Shown: positions 51,764-62,351 of the stretch, piece after piece
How positions within the stretch are numbered: the first letter of the stretch is position 1
How the letters are laid out: each line of letters begins with the position of its first letter
Source of the DNA: Desulfomonilia bacterium
Lineage (GTDB): Bacteria; Desulfobacterota; Desulfomonilia; UBA1062
NCBI GenBank assembly: GCA_963664325.2
Contig: CAXXDQ010000005.1
Coordinates: 159,277 to 223,276, forward strand
Direction of reading: 5' to 3'
DNA: 64,000 nt
Notes under the pieces: generated by a model
Databases searched by the model: none
What the model saw: the letters and a program-made list of their open reading frames with translations, nothing else
What the model was told of the DNA's origin: nothing
Position numbers and translations under genes: made by a program

Positions 51764-54700
51764 TCATTCCATAGCCTGACGGACTTTGATTGCCAGATCT
51801 TTGATCGAGTATGGTTTCTGAAGGAAATTCACTCCTTCATTAAGCATTCCACGATGAGAGATGACATCTGCCGTATATCCGGAACAGAAAAGACATTTCA
51901 ATCCCGGCTTGATACCGGTGATCAATTTCGCCAGTTCCCATCCGTTCATTTTCGGCATGATTACATCCGTGATCAATAATGTTATCCGGGCAATGTTGGT
52001 TCTGGCCTGGTGGATAGCCTCATCAGGAGTGCTGGCACTTAATACGGTATATCCAAGATGTTCCAGCATCGTCTTCCCTGTATTCAAGGCAGCTGTATCA
52101 TCTTCCACAATCAGTATGGTTTCGCCATGACTGAGAGATGGCTGCTCGCTGCTTTCAATCGTTTGTTCTATATTCTCAACCTTGCATCGGCGTAAGTATA
52201 TATTAAAGGCCGAACCTTTGTCCTGTTCGCTGAAGACATGGATGAAACCTTCGTTCTGTTTGACGATCCCGTAGACGGTGGCCAGACCGAGGCCCGTGCC
52301 CTGACCTGCTTCCTTGGTGGTAAAAAACGGTTCAAAGATATGAGCAAGTGTATCCTTGTCCATGCCGCTGCCGTTGTCGCTTACGGCCAGCATCACATAT
52401 TCTCCAGGGATACAGTCCTCATATTTGGAGCATAATGCTTCATCGAAGAGTGTATTTTTTGTCTCAATGGTTATCCCGCCGACACCGGTGATGGCGTCCC
52501 TTGCGTTGATGCACAGATTAGCCAGCAGCTGGTCAACCTGACTGGGGTCGATCATTACCGGCCACAACCCCATTCCAGGTTTCCAGATCAGTTCAATGTC
52601 CTCGCCTATCATATGCCTTAGCATCTTGAGCATGCCTTCCACTGACTCGTTTATGTCCAGAATTTTAGGAACGGCGGTCTGCTTGCGGGCAAAGGCGAGC
52701 AACTGCCTAGTCAGATCTGCGGAACGTACGGCCGCCTTTTGTATCTCTTTAAGGTTTGCAAATACAGGCGTCGACTTATCGGTTTCTACCAGTGCGAGAT
52801 CGGCATGCCCTATAATAACGCTGAGTATATTATTGAAATCATGAGCCACGCCTCCGGCCAGGCGGCCCACTGCTTCCATCTTTTGCGCAGTTGTCAGCTG
52901 TTCCTGGAGTTTCATCTTTTCATTTTCTGCATGCTTGAGTTCGGTGATGTCCTGTACGGTTCCACTCGATCTTATCGGTTTTCCATCAGGGTTGTAACAG
53001 GTCTCACCCTGTTCATGCACATATTTTATCCGCCCGTCGGGAAACAGCAGCCTGTGAACGAGTCTATACGGTTTACGGGTTTCCATGGATTGCCTGTAGG
53101 CGGCGTTGACCATCTCGCGGTCTTCAGGGTGGATGATTTTAAGAAAATCCTCATAAGTCAGACTTGAACGTTTATTGTCTATCTCGAATATCCGGAAAAT
53201 CTCGTCTGACCATGTGAGCCTATTGGCAGGAAGATCGAGTTCCCAATGTCCGATATGGGCAAGCCGCTGGGCTTCAATGAGCTGTTTCTGGTTTTCCCGG
53301 AGAGTTTCTTCCATTTTTCTACGGTCTGTAATGTCGATGAAGCTGGCGCGGATCAGCTTCCTGTTTGCTGATGCCAATCGGACCAGGCGGACCTCGCAGA
53401 ACAGGTCTCTGCCGTCGGCGCTGTGGACCATCCGGTCGAATTGAAGCTCTTCTCCTGCCAGTACCCGAAGGTTATGCTCAGTTACGCTCTCGTCGATGTT
53501 CCGCCCGTCGGGCTGCTCCTTCGTGTAGAACCGTTGCGGCGCCGATCGGAGGAGTTCATCGCGGTCGCAGCCGAAAAGCCTTTCCGCGCTGGTGTTTGCA
53601 TCCACAAATTTCTGCAGGTCACTGTCATATACCAGAATGGCATCGGGCGCCCATTCTATAAGGATACGATAACGGGACTCACTTTCGCGGGCCAGTTTTT
53701 CTGCGATCCTGCGGCGATAGTTCTGTATGAATAAAGCTATGATAAGGCCGGTCAGTACAAGAAACACCGTTATAATACTGATAACAACCTTCTTGTACTG
53801 ACTCCAGAGAGTTATGGGGCGGTTGATTATAAGGGCATTATCCGGAATGAGGCCTGGATCGACTCCCCAGCGTTTTATCTGTTGCCAGTCAACCATCGGT
53901 TTCAAAAAACGCGAGGCCGGTTCGAGAGGAAGCGGACTGTCGGTCATAAGTGAAGGCAGGATTTTGCCCAGCATGGTGCTGAGCGCTTGCACATCAACCA
54001 TGGAACCGCCGACAACGCCTGTGCCAAGCTGCGATGTGGCGAGACAAAAAACAGGTGCATTGGAGGTCTTTGCAAGCCTGATTGCCATATCGATTGGCTG
54101 ATATGATTTTCCGGTAATATCCGATGAAATACGAGAGTATATGACCACAGTTCCTGGAGACGGGCTTTTCACATTCTCCATAAGTGTGTCCACGGATATG
54201 TTGCTGGAATATTCAAACTCCAGTTTTTTCTGCCACGAGGCAAAATCAGCCATGGCTGTTTCCTCGAATGCCTTGTCAAGATCACCCTTCCCAGAGACAA
54301 ACAGGATCCTGCGTGTCTCGGGGAAAAGCTTCAGAGCAAGTTCCAGTGTTCCTCGCACATCGAAGGCCAATGGACTCTGAAATATTGTTTTACCAGTGTG
54401 CTCAGGATGCAGCCTCTTCTGACCGTAAAGAGCCAGACATGGGCTTCCAGGTGAGAGGTCCCTGGCTTCGTTAAGGAGAAAATTGAGGGCATTATCGAAT
54501 ATTGTGATAATAAGATCAAATCTTTGTCCGGCATATTTATCGAGCAAAAGCCGGCTGAGCAGAAGGCGTTGTTCCTTGGTTTTAGGCGGTGAGATGTCCA
54601 GATATTCATATATGAAGTCATCAGGATTCAGTTTTGCGATTTTTCTGGCTGTTTCAAGACCGGCTGATATCTGTTGTTGAGCGGGCTGGTTGAAGTTGTA

Positions 54701-54859
54701 GGTGTATAAGATCAGAACGCATTTTTTTTCAGCCTTGCCGGCCTTCAATTCACCAAGGGTGCCGGATTCGTTGGAATCCGCCATCGACATCATGCAGAAC
54801 CCGAGAAGGAACATTAATTGTGTCATGTTCCAACGCATCCCATGCTCTCCACAATTCAT
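51764..54859 (-). CDS. Hybrid histidine kinase with periplasmic binding-type sensor, PAS and REC
   Basis: N-terminal periplasmic domain and TM, PAS, GGVAHDFNN, PFFTTK, REC. Confidence 0.9.
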   Translation of the reverse strand: MNCGEHGMRWNMTQLMFLLGFCMMSMADSNESGTLGELKAGKAEKKCVLILYTYNFNQPAQQQISAGLETARKIAKLNPDDFIYEYLDISPPKTKEQRLLLSRLLLDKYAGQRFDLIITIFDNALNFLLNEARDLSPGSPCLALYGQKRLHPEHTGKTIFQSPLAFDVRGTLELALKLFPETRRILFVSGKGDLDKAFEETAMADFASWQKKLEFEYSSNISVDTLMENVKSPSPGTVVIYSRISSDITGKSYQPIDMAIRLAKTSNAPVFCLATSQLGTGVVGGSMVDVQALSTMLGKILPSLMTDSPLPLEPASRFLKPMVDWQQIKRWGVDPGLIPDNALIINRPITLWSQYKKVVISIITVFLVLTGLIIALFIQNYRRRIAEKLARESESRYRILIEWAPDAILVYDSDLQKFVDANTSAERLFGCDRDELLRSAPQRFYTKEQPDGRNIDESVTEHNLRVLAGEELQFDRMVHSADGRDLFCEVRLVRLASANRKLIRASFIDITDRRKMEETLRENQKQLIEAQRLAHIGHWELDLPANRLTWSDEIFRIFEIDNKRSSLTYEDFLKIIHPEDREMVNAAYRQSMETRKPYRLVHRLLFPDGRIKYVHEQGETCYNPDGKPIRSSGTVQDITELKHAENEKMKLQEQLTTAQKMEAVGRLAGGVAHDFNNILSVIIGHADLALVETDKSTPVFANLKEIQKAAVRSADLTRQLLAFARKQTAVPKILDINESVEGMLKMLRHMIGEDIELIWKPGMGLWPVMIDPSQVDQLLANLCINARDAITGVGGITIETKNTLFDEALCSKYEDCIPGEYVMLAVSDNGSGMDKDTLAHIFEPFFTTKEAGQGTGLGLATVYGIVKQNEGFIHVFSEQDKGSAFNIYLRRCKVENIEQTIESSEQPSLSHGETILIVEDDTAALNTGKTMLEHLGYTVLSASTPDEAIHQARTNIARITLLITDVIMPKMNGWELAKLITGIKPGLKCLFCSGYTADVISHRGMLNEGVNFLQKPYSIKDLAIKVRQAME

Positions 54860-54981
54860 CTAAATAACATAAAACAGTATGCTGCAATAATAATATTCAA
54901 ATAGAAAATGTCAAGGAATCATAAGGATTCGAGCAACATATTAAAAATGTAAGTCAGGATTCATTTCCTCGTCTGTTCGCT

Positions 54982-55599
54982 TTATACCTTTTTCACAAGT
55001 TCCTTGCCCAGCTCGAACGCCCTGATGTTCATTTCCTGCTTTTCCTTCTTGAATGTCCCTGCCACGACTTCGACAAAATCAGGGGTGTCGAACGGCAGGT
55101 CGTCGAGTCCGGCTATGGCACCCATCATTATGACGTTGCTCAGGATAGGCTCGCCCAGCCTCAGCGCCTCGTCTGTTGCATCGACAAACTTCACATCGGA
55201 AGTCAGCTTCAGTAAAGCCTCGTTAAGCTCATCCTTTGCGGGATATTTCTGGTCGCCTGCTATGACGCCCACCGGATAGACAGGCCTGGAATTGCTCAGC
55301 ACCTTTGTCTGCGGATTGCCGTAGCCTGCCATGACGCGAAGCGATTCGATCGGTTCCAGGGCAACGACAAGGTCGGCCTTTCCCTTCGGCATCTGTGGGC
55401 TCCATGTGCCCCTGGCCGAAATCCTTATATGGCTCATGACAGACCCGCCGCGCTGGGAAACGCCGAAGGTTTCGCCGATAGTTATGGTGAAGCCCTTTTT
55501 TGCGAGAATATTGCCCAGCATGCGTGAAGCGATCACATTCCCCTGTCCGCCGACTCCTGTGATTATTACGTTATACGGGTCTTTCCCTATAGCGGTCAT
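54982..55599 (-). CDS. iorB: Indolepyruvate:ferredoxin oxidoreductase beta subunit
   Basis: GVGGQG, GVSQRGGSVMSH; ATGA overlap with iorA at 55596-55599. Confidence 0.88.
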   Translation of the reverse strand: MTAIGKDPYNVIITGVGGQGNVIASRMLGNILAKKGFTITIGETFGVSQRGGSVMSHIRISARGTWSPQMPKGKADLVVALEPIESLRVMAGYGNPQTKVLSNSRPVYPVGVIAGDQKYPAKDELNEALLKLTSDVKFVDATDEALRLGEPILSNVIMMGAIAGLDDLPFDTPDFVEVVAGTFKKEKQEMNIRAFELGKELVKKV

Positions 55600-57536
55600 T
55601 TTGCCACCTCCGCCTTCCTTATGGCGCCTGACGGGCATATGCTGGCGCACACGCCGCACCCGGCGCAGATCACCTCGTCAATGCGCGCCTTCCCCGCGGC
55701 CTGGTCCCAGATAAGTCCGGGGCACCTGAAAACCCGCGTGCATAAACGGTTGCAGCCGCACTTCTCGCCCAGGCAGATGTTCTCGTCAATGCTCACCTCG
55801 AAATATTTCCTGCCCTTCCTTTCCGGGGACAGGGCACATTTCTGCCTTAATATCATAACGCGAGTTCCCGATTCGTCCCTGAGCAGGTTGAGCAGCGCGG
55901 CCTCGGTTGCCTCGACATCAAACGGGTCGCTTATAAAGACCTTAGCCCCAATCGCCCTGCATACGGCCGCAATATCTACATCCGGCACATCGTCGCCCAT
56001 TACGCTGGCCTTAAGGCCAGGGTGAGGCTGGAAGCCGGTCATGGCCGTGCCGCTGTTGTCAAGGATCACCATTATGATGTCCGAGCGGTTGTGCACCGAA
56101 TTCACGAGTGCCGGCATCGCGGCATGGAAAAAGGTGGAATCGCCGCAGACGCTCAATACCGGCTGGTCCATGCCGAACCTGCCGAGCTGCCCGAAGCCGC
56201 TTGCTATACCTGTGCCCGCACCCATGCAGTGGCCTGTCTTCAGTGTCGAAAAACCGCACGGCAGAAAGGCGAGCGTATAGCAGCCTATGTCGCCGCAGAC
56301 GAATCCCTTGCGGTTGTCCAGCAAAAGCGCATTGTGAATGCCCCAGAATGAGGCGCGGTGAGGACATCCAGCACAGAAGGTCGTCTCCCGGTTCGGTGCG
56401 TTGCCGAATGAAAGGAGGTTGGCGTTTATCTCATATTCCTGAGGAACCGCCCGGTATTCAATGCCGAGAAGGCCTGCAAGAGCGGCAATCACGATATCTG
56501 GATTCAGCTCCCCTGTCGTGGGAAGCGTAGCCTCGGCCCTGCCGAAGAATTGTTTCGTACCTGTTTCGGCAGCCAGTTCGGCAGCCAGAATCTTTACATT
56601 GTCCTCAAGGAATGGCAGCACTTCCTCCACGACCAATATCCTGTCCGTCATCGAGAGGTGTTTTTTCATCAGGTTTTTCGGCAGCGGCCAGGTGGTGCCG
56701 AGCTTGAGTATCCCGACCCTCTCTTCCGCGCCGAGTACGTTGACCGCCTCCTTTGCGTAGAAGGTGCATGCGCTGCTTGTTATGATAAGCAGTTCGGGCT
56801 TAACAGGGCCCGTATAGGTATTGAAAGGGCTTTGCTCGAAAAGGGCCTCGGCCTTCTTGAGCTTCTGCTGCTGTATCGGGTGCCAGTAGGCGACCGGCAT
56901 AGTGTGGACCGGGCCGGTCTCCGGATCGATCACGAAACCGTCGGATCTGAAAAGGGCCTTCCTTTTTTCTGCGGGCAGGTCCCCGGTTTTTACTGTTCCG
57001 CTTGCATGGGACAGGCGAGTGACGCTCCGCATGATTACAAGGCCTCTTAATTCCTCCGAAAGCTCGAAGGCCCATCTGGTCATGTCCTTGGCCTCCTGGA
57101 AATCGCCGGGCTCAAGCAGCGGCAGTTCGAGGAGTTTTGCAAAGTGCCGCGACTCGCCTTCATTTACGCTCGACAGCGCACCCGGGTCATCGCACGGGAT
57201 CAGAACCATTCCGCCTCGCGTGCCTGAAAGCGCGAGGTGGAGGAGGAAATCGGACGCCACGTTCACCCCGTTCTGCTTCATGGCGACCAGCGAGCGCAGT
57301 CCTGCAAACGACGCCGCAGCCGCGACCTCTACCGCCACTTTCTCGTTGACCGACCATTCCACATAGAGGCCCCGTTCATCAGCCGCCTTTCCGAGGTTCT
57401 CTATTATCTCCGATGAAGGAGTGCCCGGATAGGCCGCTGCGACCTGGACACCAGCTTCAAGCGCGCCACGGGCAATGGCTTCGTTTCCCATCATCAGAAG
57501 GATTTCTCCGCCTTTTTTCTCTGTCAGACGGCTCAT
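55596..57536 (-). CDS. iorA: Indolepyruvate:ferredoxin oxidoreductase alpha subunit
   Basis: GNEAIARGA, YPGTPSSE, FCAGCPHR, GDIGC, GDSTF, TAMTG.QP, C-terminal ferredoxin. Confidence 0.92.
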   Translation of the reverse strand: MSRLTEKKGGEILLMMGNEAIARGALEAGVQVAAAYPGTPSSEIIENLGKAADERGLYVEWSVNEKVAVEVAAAASFAGLRSLVAMKQNGVNVASDFLLHLALSGTRGGMVLIPCDDPGALSSVNEGESRHFAKLLELPLLEPGDFQEAKDMTRWAFELSEELRGLVIMRSVTRLSHASGTVKTGDLPAEKRKALFRSDGFVIDPETGPVHTMPVAYWHPIQQQKLKKAEALFEQSPFNTYTGPVKPELLIITSSACTFYAKEAVNVLGAEERVGILKLGTTWPLPKNLMKKHLSMTDRILVVEEVLPFLEDNVKILAAELAAETGTKQFFGRAEATLPTTGELNPDIVIAALAGLLGIEYRAVPQEYEINANLLSFGNAPNRETTFCAGCPHRASFWGIHNALLLDNRKGFVCGDIGCYTLAFLPCGFSTLKTGHCMGAGTGIASGFGQLGRFGMDQPVLSVCGDSTFFHAAMPALVNSVHNRSDIIMVILDNSGTAMTGFQPHPGLKASVMGDDVPDVDIAAVCRAIGAKVFISDPFDVEATEAALLNLLRDESGTRVMILRQKCALSPERKGRKYFEVSIDENICLGEKCGCNRLCTRVFRCPGLIWDQAAGKARIDEVICAGCGVCASICPSGAIRKAEVAK

Positions 57537-58663
57537 TCCACACCTCCGGCAGCAAGTACCCTGTTTAAAGCGTCTGTTTCAAACCTCATCATGGCGCGTT
57601 TTTCTCCGCCATCACAGTTGATTCTTCCTTCTGCCGACGCCTTGATTAAAGCCCTCTGCTTCTTGTTTCCGGCGGCTGTCTCCAGATGCTCGCGGTTTGC
57701 CACGGGCATCTCGCCGGTTATCAGGAATCCCTTTTTCACGGCATCGTCGACGAAGCGCTGGCCGCGCTCAGTGCGGATTATAAGGGTATTCATATCCGGT
57801 CTGCCTTCGAGCACGCCGACCGAGACATCCGCAAACTCGGAGGTCATATCCGGGCAGTATGAACAGGTAACGGGTACAAGCCCCCTTATTTCCGAAAGAG
57901 GGAAGGTGATTTTGCCGTTTGCCGTGCATACCTCAAAGACCTCGGCCGGAGGGGGCGGTATGTCGAACTTTTTGATGGTATTTAAATCCAGCCTGTCTTT
58001 CAGGAAATCTTCAAGCCTGCTGTAGTCAAGCGCCCATGTGCAGAAAAGGCCGATTACGAGAGCCGTGGGGTCAGTGAAATTTTCGATCCCGGTGGGATTG
58101 AGCCTCATCTGTGCCAGTGAAAGAGACTGGCATGGAGTGGCCACAACAGCGAGGCTGTCAAGGCCTTCTCTAACGGCGCGGTTATATGCCGAAAGCGACG
58201 GTGCTGCCGAATATTTGGATGATGCGCAGGCCAGGACGCCTTTGGCGGTCTTTACAATCTTAGGTACGGGAAGCAGGCCTGAACTGCCGGTCAGTATTGC
58301 GGCCTTTGCCCTTTTCGATTTCAGGGCTGAAAGCATAAGGGCCGTCACCACGCCACCGGCCTGAAAACCCCCTTTGCCGGCCTTGTCTGCCGCCTTTGCA
58401 GTCAGGATTTTCCTGAACTCGCCGAGCGGTTTCGACTCGTATGGTTTATTGAAATATGCCCGGGAAAGTTCATCCAGATCGACCTCGACCTTCGGGCAGT
58501 AGGCAAAGCACCGGCCTGAACCCGAAGTGCAGGGGAAAAGCATAACGGTCGTCCCGCGGTGATTCCTGAAATAGGGGCACAGATCGACGCAGGCCCCGCA
58601 GCCGATGCACAATCCCTTTGACTGGACATCGGCAACAAGCTCGTTCGCACCTAAAACTTTCAT
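57533..58663 (-). CDS. FrhB/FdhB-family Fe-S flavoprotein
   Basis: CIGCGAC..CP, GGVVT, SSKY, TPCQ, IGLFC, C..CPD..SEFADVSVG, IRTERG. Confidence 0.85.
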   Translation of the reverse strand: MKVLGANELVADVQSKGLCIGCGACVDLCPYFRNHRGTTVMLFPCTSGSGRCFAYCPKVEVDLDELSRAYFNKPYESKPLGEFRKILTAKAADKAGKGGFQAGGVVTALMLSALKSKRAKAAILTGSSGLLPVPKIVKTAKGVLACASSKYSAAPSLSAYNRAVREGLDSLAVVATPCQSLSLAQMRLNPTGIENFTDPTALVIGLFCTWALDYSRLEDFLKDRLDLNTIKKFDIPPPPAEVFEVCTANGKITFPLSEIRGLVPVTCSYCPDMTSEFADVSVGVLEGRPDMNTLIIRTERGQRFVDDAVKKGFLITGEMPVANREHLETAAGNKKQRALIKASAEGRINCDGGEKRAMMRFETDALNRVLAAGGVE

Positions 58664-59261
58664 AATGCCTCCACGAAAAAGCTGCTAATCTATTCAGCTG
58701 GAAAAGGATTTTGATCCGGTTGTCATCAATTGCTCAACAGCCGGTATCCCTGAGCGGTGAGTGAATAATCAAGTACTCACGGCGCGTCACCAGACACTCA
58801 TCACTAACCGCTTAGACAAGGACTGTCAATCGGCAACAGCAATCCGGGCACTAAGTTTTAAAGGGGCCGGATATTAATTCAGGGAGAGTGAGCTTAAGGT
58901 CTCCGGCTGGAATACAGATGCCGGCCTGATGTCGTGTAATTATGCCTGTGCGGTATCAAGCCCTTGTGTCAATATCAGGAAACCCTTTGGAATTTATAAT
59001 TTATTTTCAAGAACTTGCTTTCCAGGCGGGCTTGCAAGTTCCTGCAGATATATGGATTCGCATCTGATCGTATAATGGCGGTGCTTATCGGGAGTCATCT
59101 TCAACCGTGCCGGTGCTTTATTTCCGGCACAGCAGCGGCGGTTTCCCCGGAACACATGGCATGGACATAATCTTATGCCGGCGCCCCGTTGCATGCATCC
59201 ATTTCGTTCTTGAGGCAAAGATTTAAACGGCTTATAATTACAGTCAGGAGGAGGTAAGACC

Positions 59262-59522
59262 ATGGCGATGGAAAAGAAATTGATCGGTAAGGTTTCTCAC
59301 TACTTCGGCAAGATCAGTGTTGCGGGTATTCAGCTTAGCGAACCACTTAAGGTCGGTGATAAGATATCCATCGAAGGTGCGACGACTAAATTCGAAGAAA
59401 TCATCGACTCCATGCAGATCGATAATGCTACTGTCACGCAAGCCAAGGCCGGTGACAACATCGGGATAAAAGTGAAAGAAAAAACAAGGGTGGGCGACGA
59501 CGTCTTTCTGGTCAAGGAATAA
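59262..59522 (+). CDS. Small beta-barrel 'translation elongation factor-like' protein
   Basis: IGKVSHYFGKISVA..LKVGD..SMQID..AKAGD.IGIKV. Confidence 0.75.
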   Translation: MAMEKKLIGKVSHYFGKISVAGIQLSEPLKVGDKISIEGATTKFEEIIDSMQIDNATVTQAKAGDNIGIKVKEKTRVGDDVFLVKE

Positions 59523-59675
59523 ATCATTCCGGGATGACGCTTAGAAACTTCTTCGATCTCATTCGGAGGCCATAGCTTTTCGGGTTCAAACAGCTTTTAT
59601 TCTTACAGCAGTTGAAGCTTAAACTTCATTAAATGACTGTGTTTCAAGGTCAGCACCCAGTGCATTTCTCTTTAA

Positions 59676-61118
59676 TCACTCCGGTCTGGCGTCCGGACAT
59701 TCGGCTATAGTTACAGGGATGACTGAGGCATGGCGCTCTATGACGCGCATGGCCTTCCACCTGCCCGACCTGAAACGCAGGAAGAAGGCGAAGCTCAACA
59801 GGATTACATAGGCCGAGGCTATCACCCAGCATGCATAAATCCCGGCCTTGAACACGTCGACGGCAAGCCATGTCGGGACTATGAGGGAGAGGATCGAGGC
59901 CATGATGATCATCACCATGACGAAGCGCGTGTCACCGGCGCCCTTGAGCGTGGACGAAAAGATTATGTTCATGCTGTCGAAGATCGAATAGAGCGCTACG
60001 AATCTCAACAGGATTGCTGCGAGGGCCGATATGCGGGCCATCTCGGCGGCATGGCTCTTCGCGTCGTACAGGTTTACAAATATGCCCGGTGCAAAGGCAA
60101 ACAGGGCGGCTACTGTCCCCATGTAAAGGATGGTCACATGAAAGCCTGTCCATGTGCTTTTCACGGCGAGCTCAGGTTTTTCCATCCCGAGGTACTGACC
60201 CGTAAGTATGGACACCGTGACACCCGCCCCTATCATCGGCATGAAGGCGAGAGTGTTTATGTTGAAGGCGATGTTGGTAGCCGCGAGATTTATGATTCCC
60301 AGCCTGCCGACAAGGAGCAGGAAGAGCGTAAATCCGGCCATGTCTATGAAGAATTGTATGCCGGAAGGGAAGCCGTATTTGAGGAGCCTGCCGAACAGCT
60401 CCTTATCGAACCGACGGCCTTTTATGAACCGGCATTCAGCTGAACTTTTGTCAAAGGCCGTCAGGAGTACATATATGAAAAAGGCTATACATGCGCTTAT
60501 GACCGAGGCTATCCCTGCACCCCTTATGCCCATCTCGGCAAACCCGAAATTACCGAAGATCATGCAGTAATCGAGGGCGATATTGATAAGCGTGACGGCT
60601 ATGTCGACAAAGAAGACGGGCCACGGCCTGCTCTGGCCTGAGAAGTATCCGGCCATGGCCGAGGATGCGATCATCGGGAAAGAGGCGAAGCTCAGTACCT
60701 TGAAATATGCCACCTCCAGCACCCTGACATTCGGGTCGTGGCCCGTGAGGTCGAAAATGGGCCCGGCGAACAGCATTGCCAGAAGGCTGACCGCCGCGCC
60801 GATCAGTGAGAAGTATATTCCCTGCCAGACCGCGGGCCCTATCCTGCCGTGCATGCCAGCGCCGAAATACTGGGCCACGAATGTGCCCGTATAGCTCGCC
60901 GTGCCTATGAACAGGCTTACAATGGTGAAGTTCAGGAGTCCGGCCGGCATTGCGGCCGCTATTGACTCCGGCGAATACCACGTAAGGAACATGCGGTTTA
61001 CGAAATGCTGGATCGACCACAGAGACGTGCTCATGATAAGGGGAACGGCCAGGGCGAAGAACTCCCCGTATCCGCCCCGGGTCTGCCAGCGTTCTTTAAA
61101 TGCGTTTTTGAAAGACAT
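59676..61118 (-). CDS. MATE family efflux transporter
   Basis: About 12 TM, FVAQYFGA, MGIRGAGIAS, LKGAGDTRF. Confidence 0.9.
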   Translation of the reverse strand: MSFKNAFKERWQTRGGYGEFFALAVPLIMSTSLWSIQHFVNRMFLTWYSPESIAAAMPAGLLNFTIVSLFIGTASYTGTFVAQYFGAGMHGRIGPAVWQGIYFSLIGAAVSLLAMLFAGPIFDLTGHDPNVRVLEVAYFKVLSFASFPMIASSAMAGYFSGQSRPWPVFFVDIAVTLINIALDYCMIFGNFGFAEMGIRGAGIASVISACIAFFIYVLLTAFDKSSAECRFIKGRRFDKELFGRLLKYGFPSGIQFFIDMAGFTLFLLLVGRLGIINLAATNIAFNINTLAFMPMIGAGVTVSILTGQYLGMEKPELAVKSTWTGFHVTILYMGTVAALFAFAPGIFVNLYDAKSHAAEMARISALAAILLRFVALYSIFDSMNIIFSSTLKGAGDTRFVMVMIIMASILSLIVPTWLAVDVFKAGIYACWVIASAYVILLSFAFFLRFRSGRWKAMRVIERHASVIPVTIAECPDARPE

Positions 61119-61240
61119 ATATGCACACTATCCGAGGCATCTGCGAAAGGTCAAGGACGGTCTGAAGAATTTTCATCTCCTTGCCAAACTATGATGCGGG
61201 TTATATTATTTCAAAAAATTTATGATATCCGGGAGGTGCC

Positions 61241-62347
61241 ATGATTCCAACAGCGGGTTCGCCAAAAATATTCAGACCGGTCTCAGTCCTCGTTTTTCTC
61301 GTGTTCTTTATTCCCTGTTATTGCCCCGTTGCAGGTTATGAGCTCAAGGTCATGACCATCAATGTCTGGAGCGGGCTTACATATGACGGCACATTCAGCA
61401 TGGGTTATTACGACACTGATGAATTCAGGGAGAAAAGGTTCGCCGCTCTTGTCGCTGAGATCAAAGAGCTCAAGCCCGATGTCATTGCCGTCAACGAGGC
61501 CAACTACCTGCCGGGATATGTCAAGCGCCTCGCCAAAGAGCTCGACTATTCATACATCTACCATGTCGGTGTTTCGGGACTTAAAATTTTCAGGGTTGGA
61601 ATCCCCGTTAACCTCCGTGAAGGCGACGCCATACTGGCCAGAAAGGAACTGAAGCTTGAACAGGCCGGACACATGCAGCTTTCAGGCGGCCCGGTCTGCA
61701 ATTCCGCCTCGTTTCATACAACGGACGCCACACAGGTGCTGATAGGGAAGATAGTATCAGGCGGGAAAGCGGTTTTCATTGCGGCTACACATCTGCATTC
61801 ATCCGTGCCGGAGAATGTCCAGACGATGGAAATCGCCGGAAAGATCAAGCGCCAGTCGGGCTATACGGGTGAGGAATACCGGGAATTTCTGGGTAGCCTT
61901 GCCGATGAGAATAAATGGCGCGAAATGGAAATGAAGAAGCTGATCGCATACCTCGGTAAAAAGATTCCGGAAGGCGCCCCGCTGATCCTGCTGGGGGATT
62001 TCAATACCGACATCAATTCCCCTGAAATCTACGAACTCCTGAAGGCCGGTTTTTATGACACGTATTCCCTCAGGAATACGGACGGCGGTTTTACCTGGGA
62101 TGCCGGACTCAATGACAATATAAAAAGATTTTACCTGCCCGTTTCCAATACGAAACAGAAAACGCTATACAAGCATGTTGATAATTACACGTCCGTAATT
62201 GACAGAAAAAGGATAGACTTCATATTCGCCGGCAACGACATACCGTATGACTCGGTCATATCATCGCAGGTGGTTTGCAACAAAGGTCATGGCGGGGTGA
62301 TGCCGTCGGATCATTTCGGGGTTATGACGGTGTTTGAAATTCAATAG
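61241..62347 (+). CDS. Secreted endonuclease/exonuclease/phosphatase family protein
   Basis: VMTIN, DVIAVNE, THLH, LLGDFN, RIDFIF, SDH. Confidence 0.9.
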   Translation: MIPTAGSPKIFRPVSVLVFLVFFIPCYCPVAGYELKVMTINVWSGLTYDGTFSMGYYDTDEFREKRFAALVAEIKELKPDVIAVNEANYLPGYVKRLAKELDYSYIYHVGVSGLKIFRVGIPVNLREGDAILARKELKLEQAGHMQLSGGPVCNSASFHTTDATQVLIGKIVSGGKAVFIAATHLHSSVPENVQTMEIAGKIKRQSGYTGEEYREFLGSLADENKWREMEMKKLIAYLGKKIPEGAPLILLGDFNTDINSPEIYELLKAGFYDTYSLRNTDGGFTWDAGLNDNIKRFYLPVSNTKQKTLYKHVDNYTSVIDRKRIDFIFAGNDIPYDSVISSQVVCNKGHGGVMPSDHFGVMTVFEIQ

Positions 62348-62351
62348 GAAT

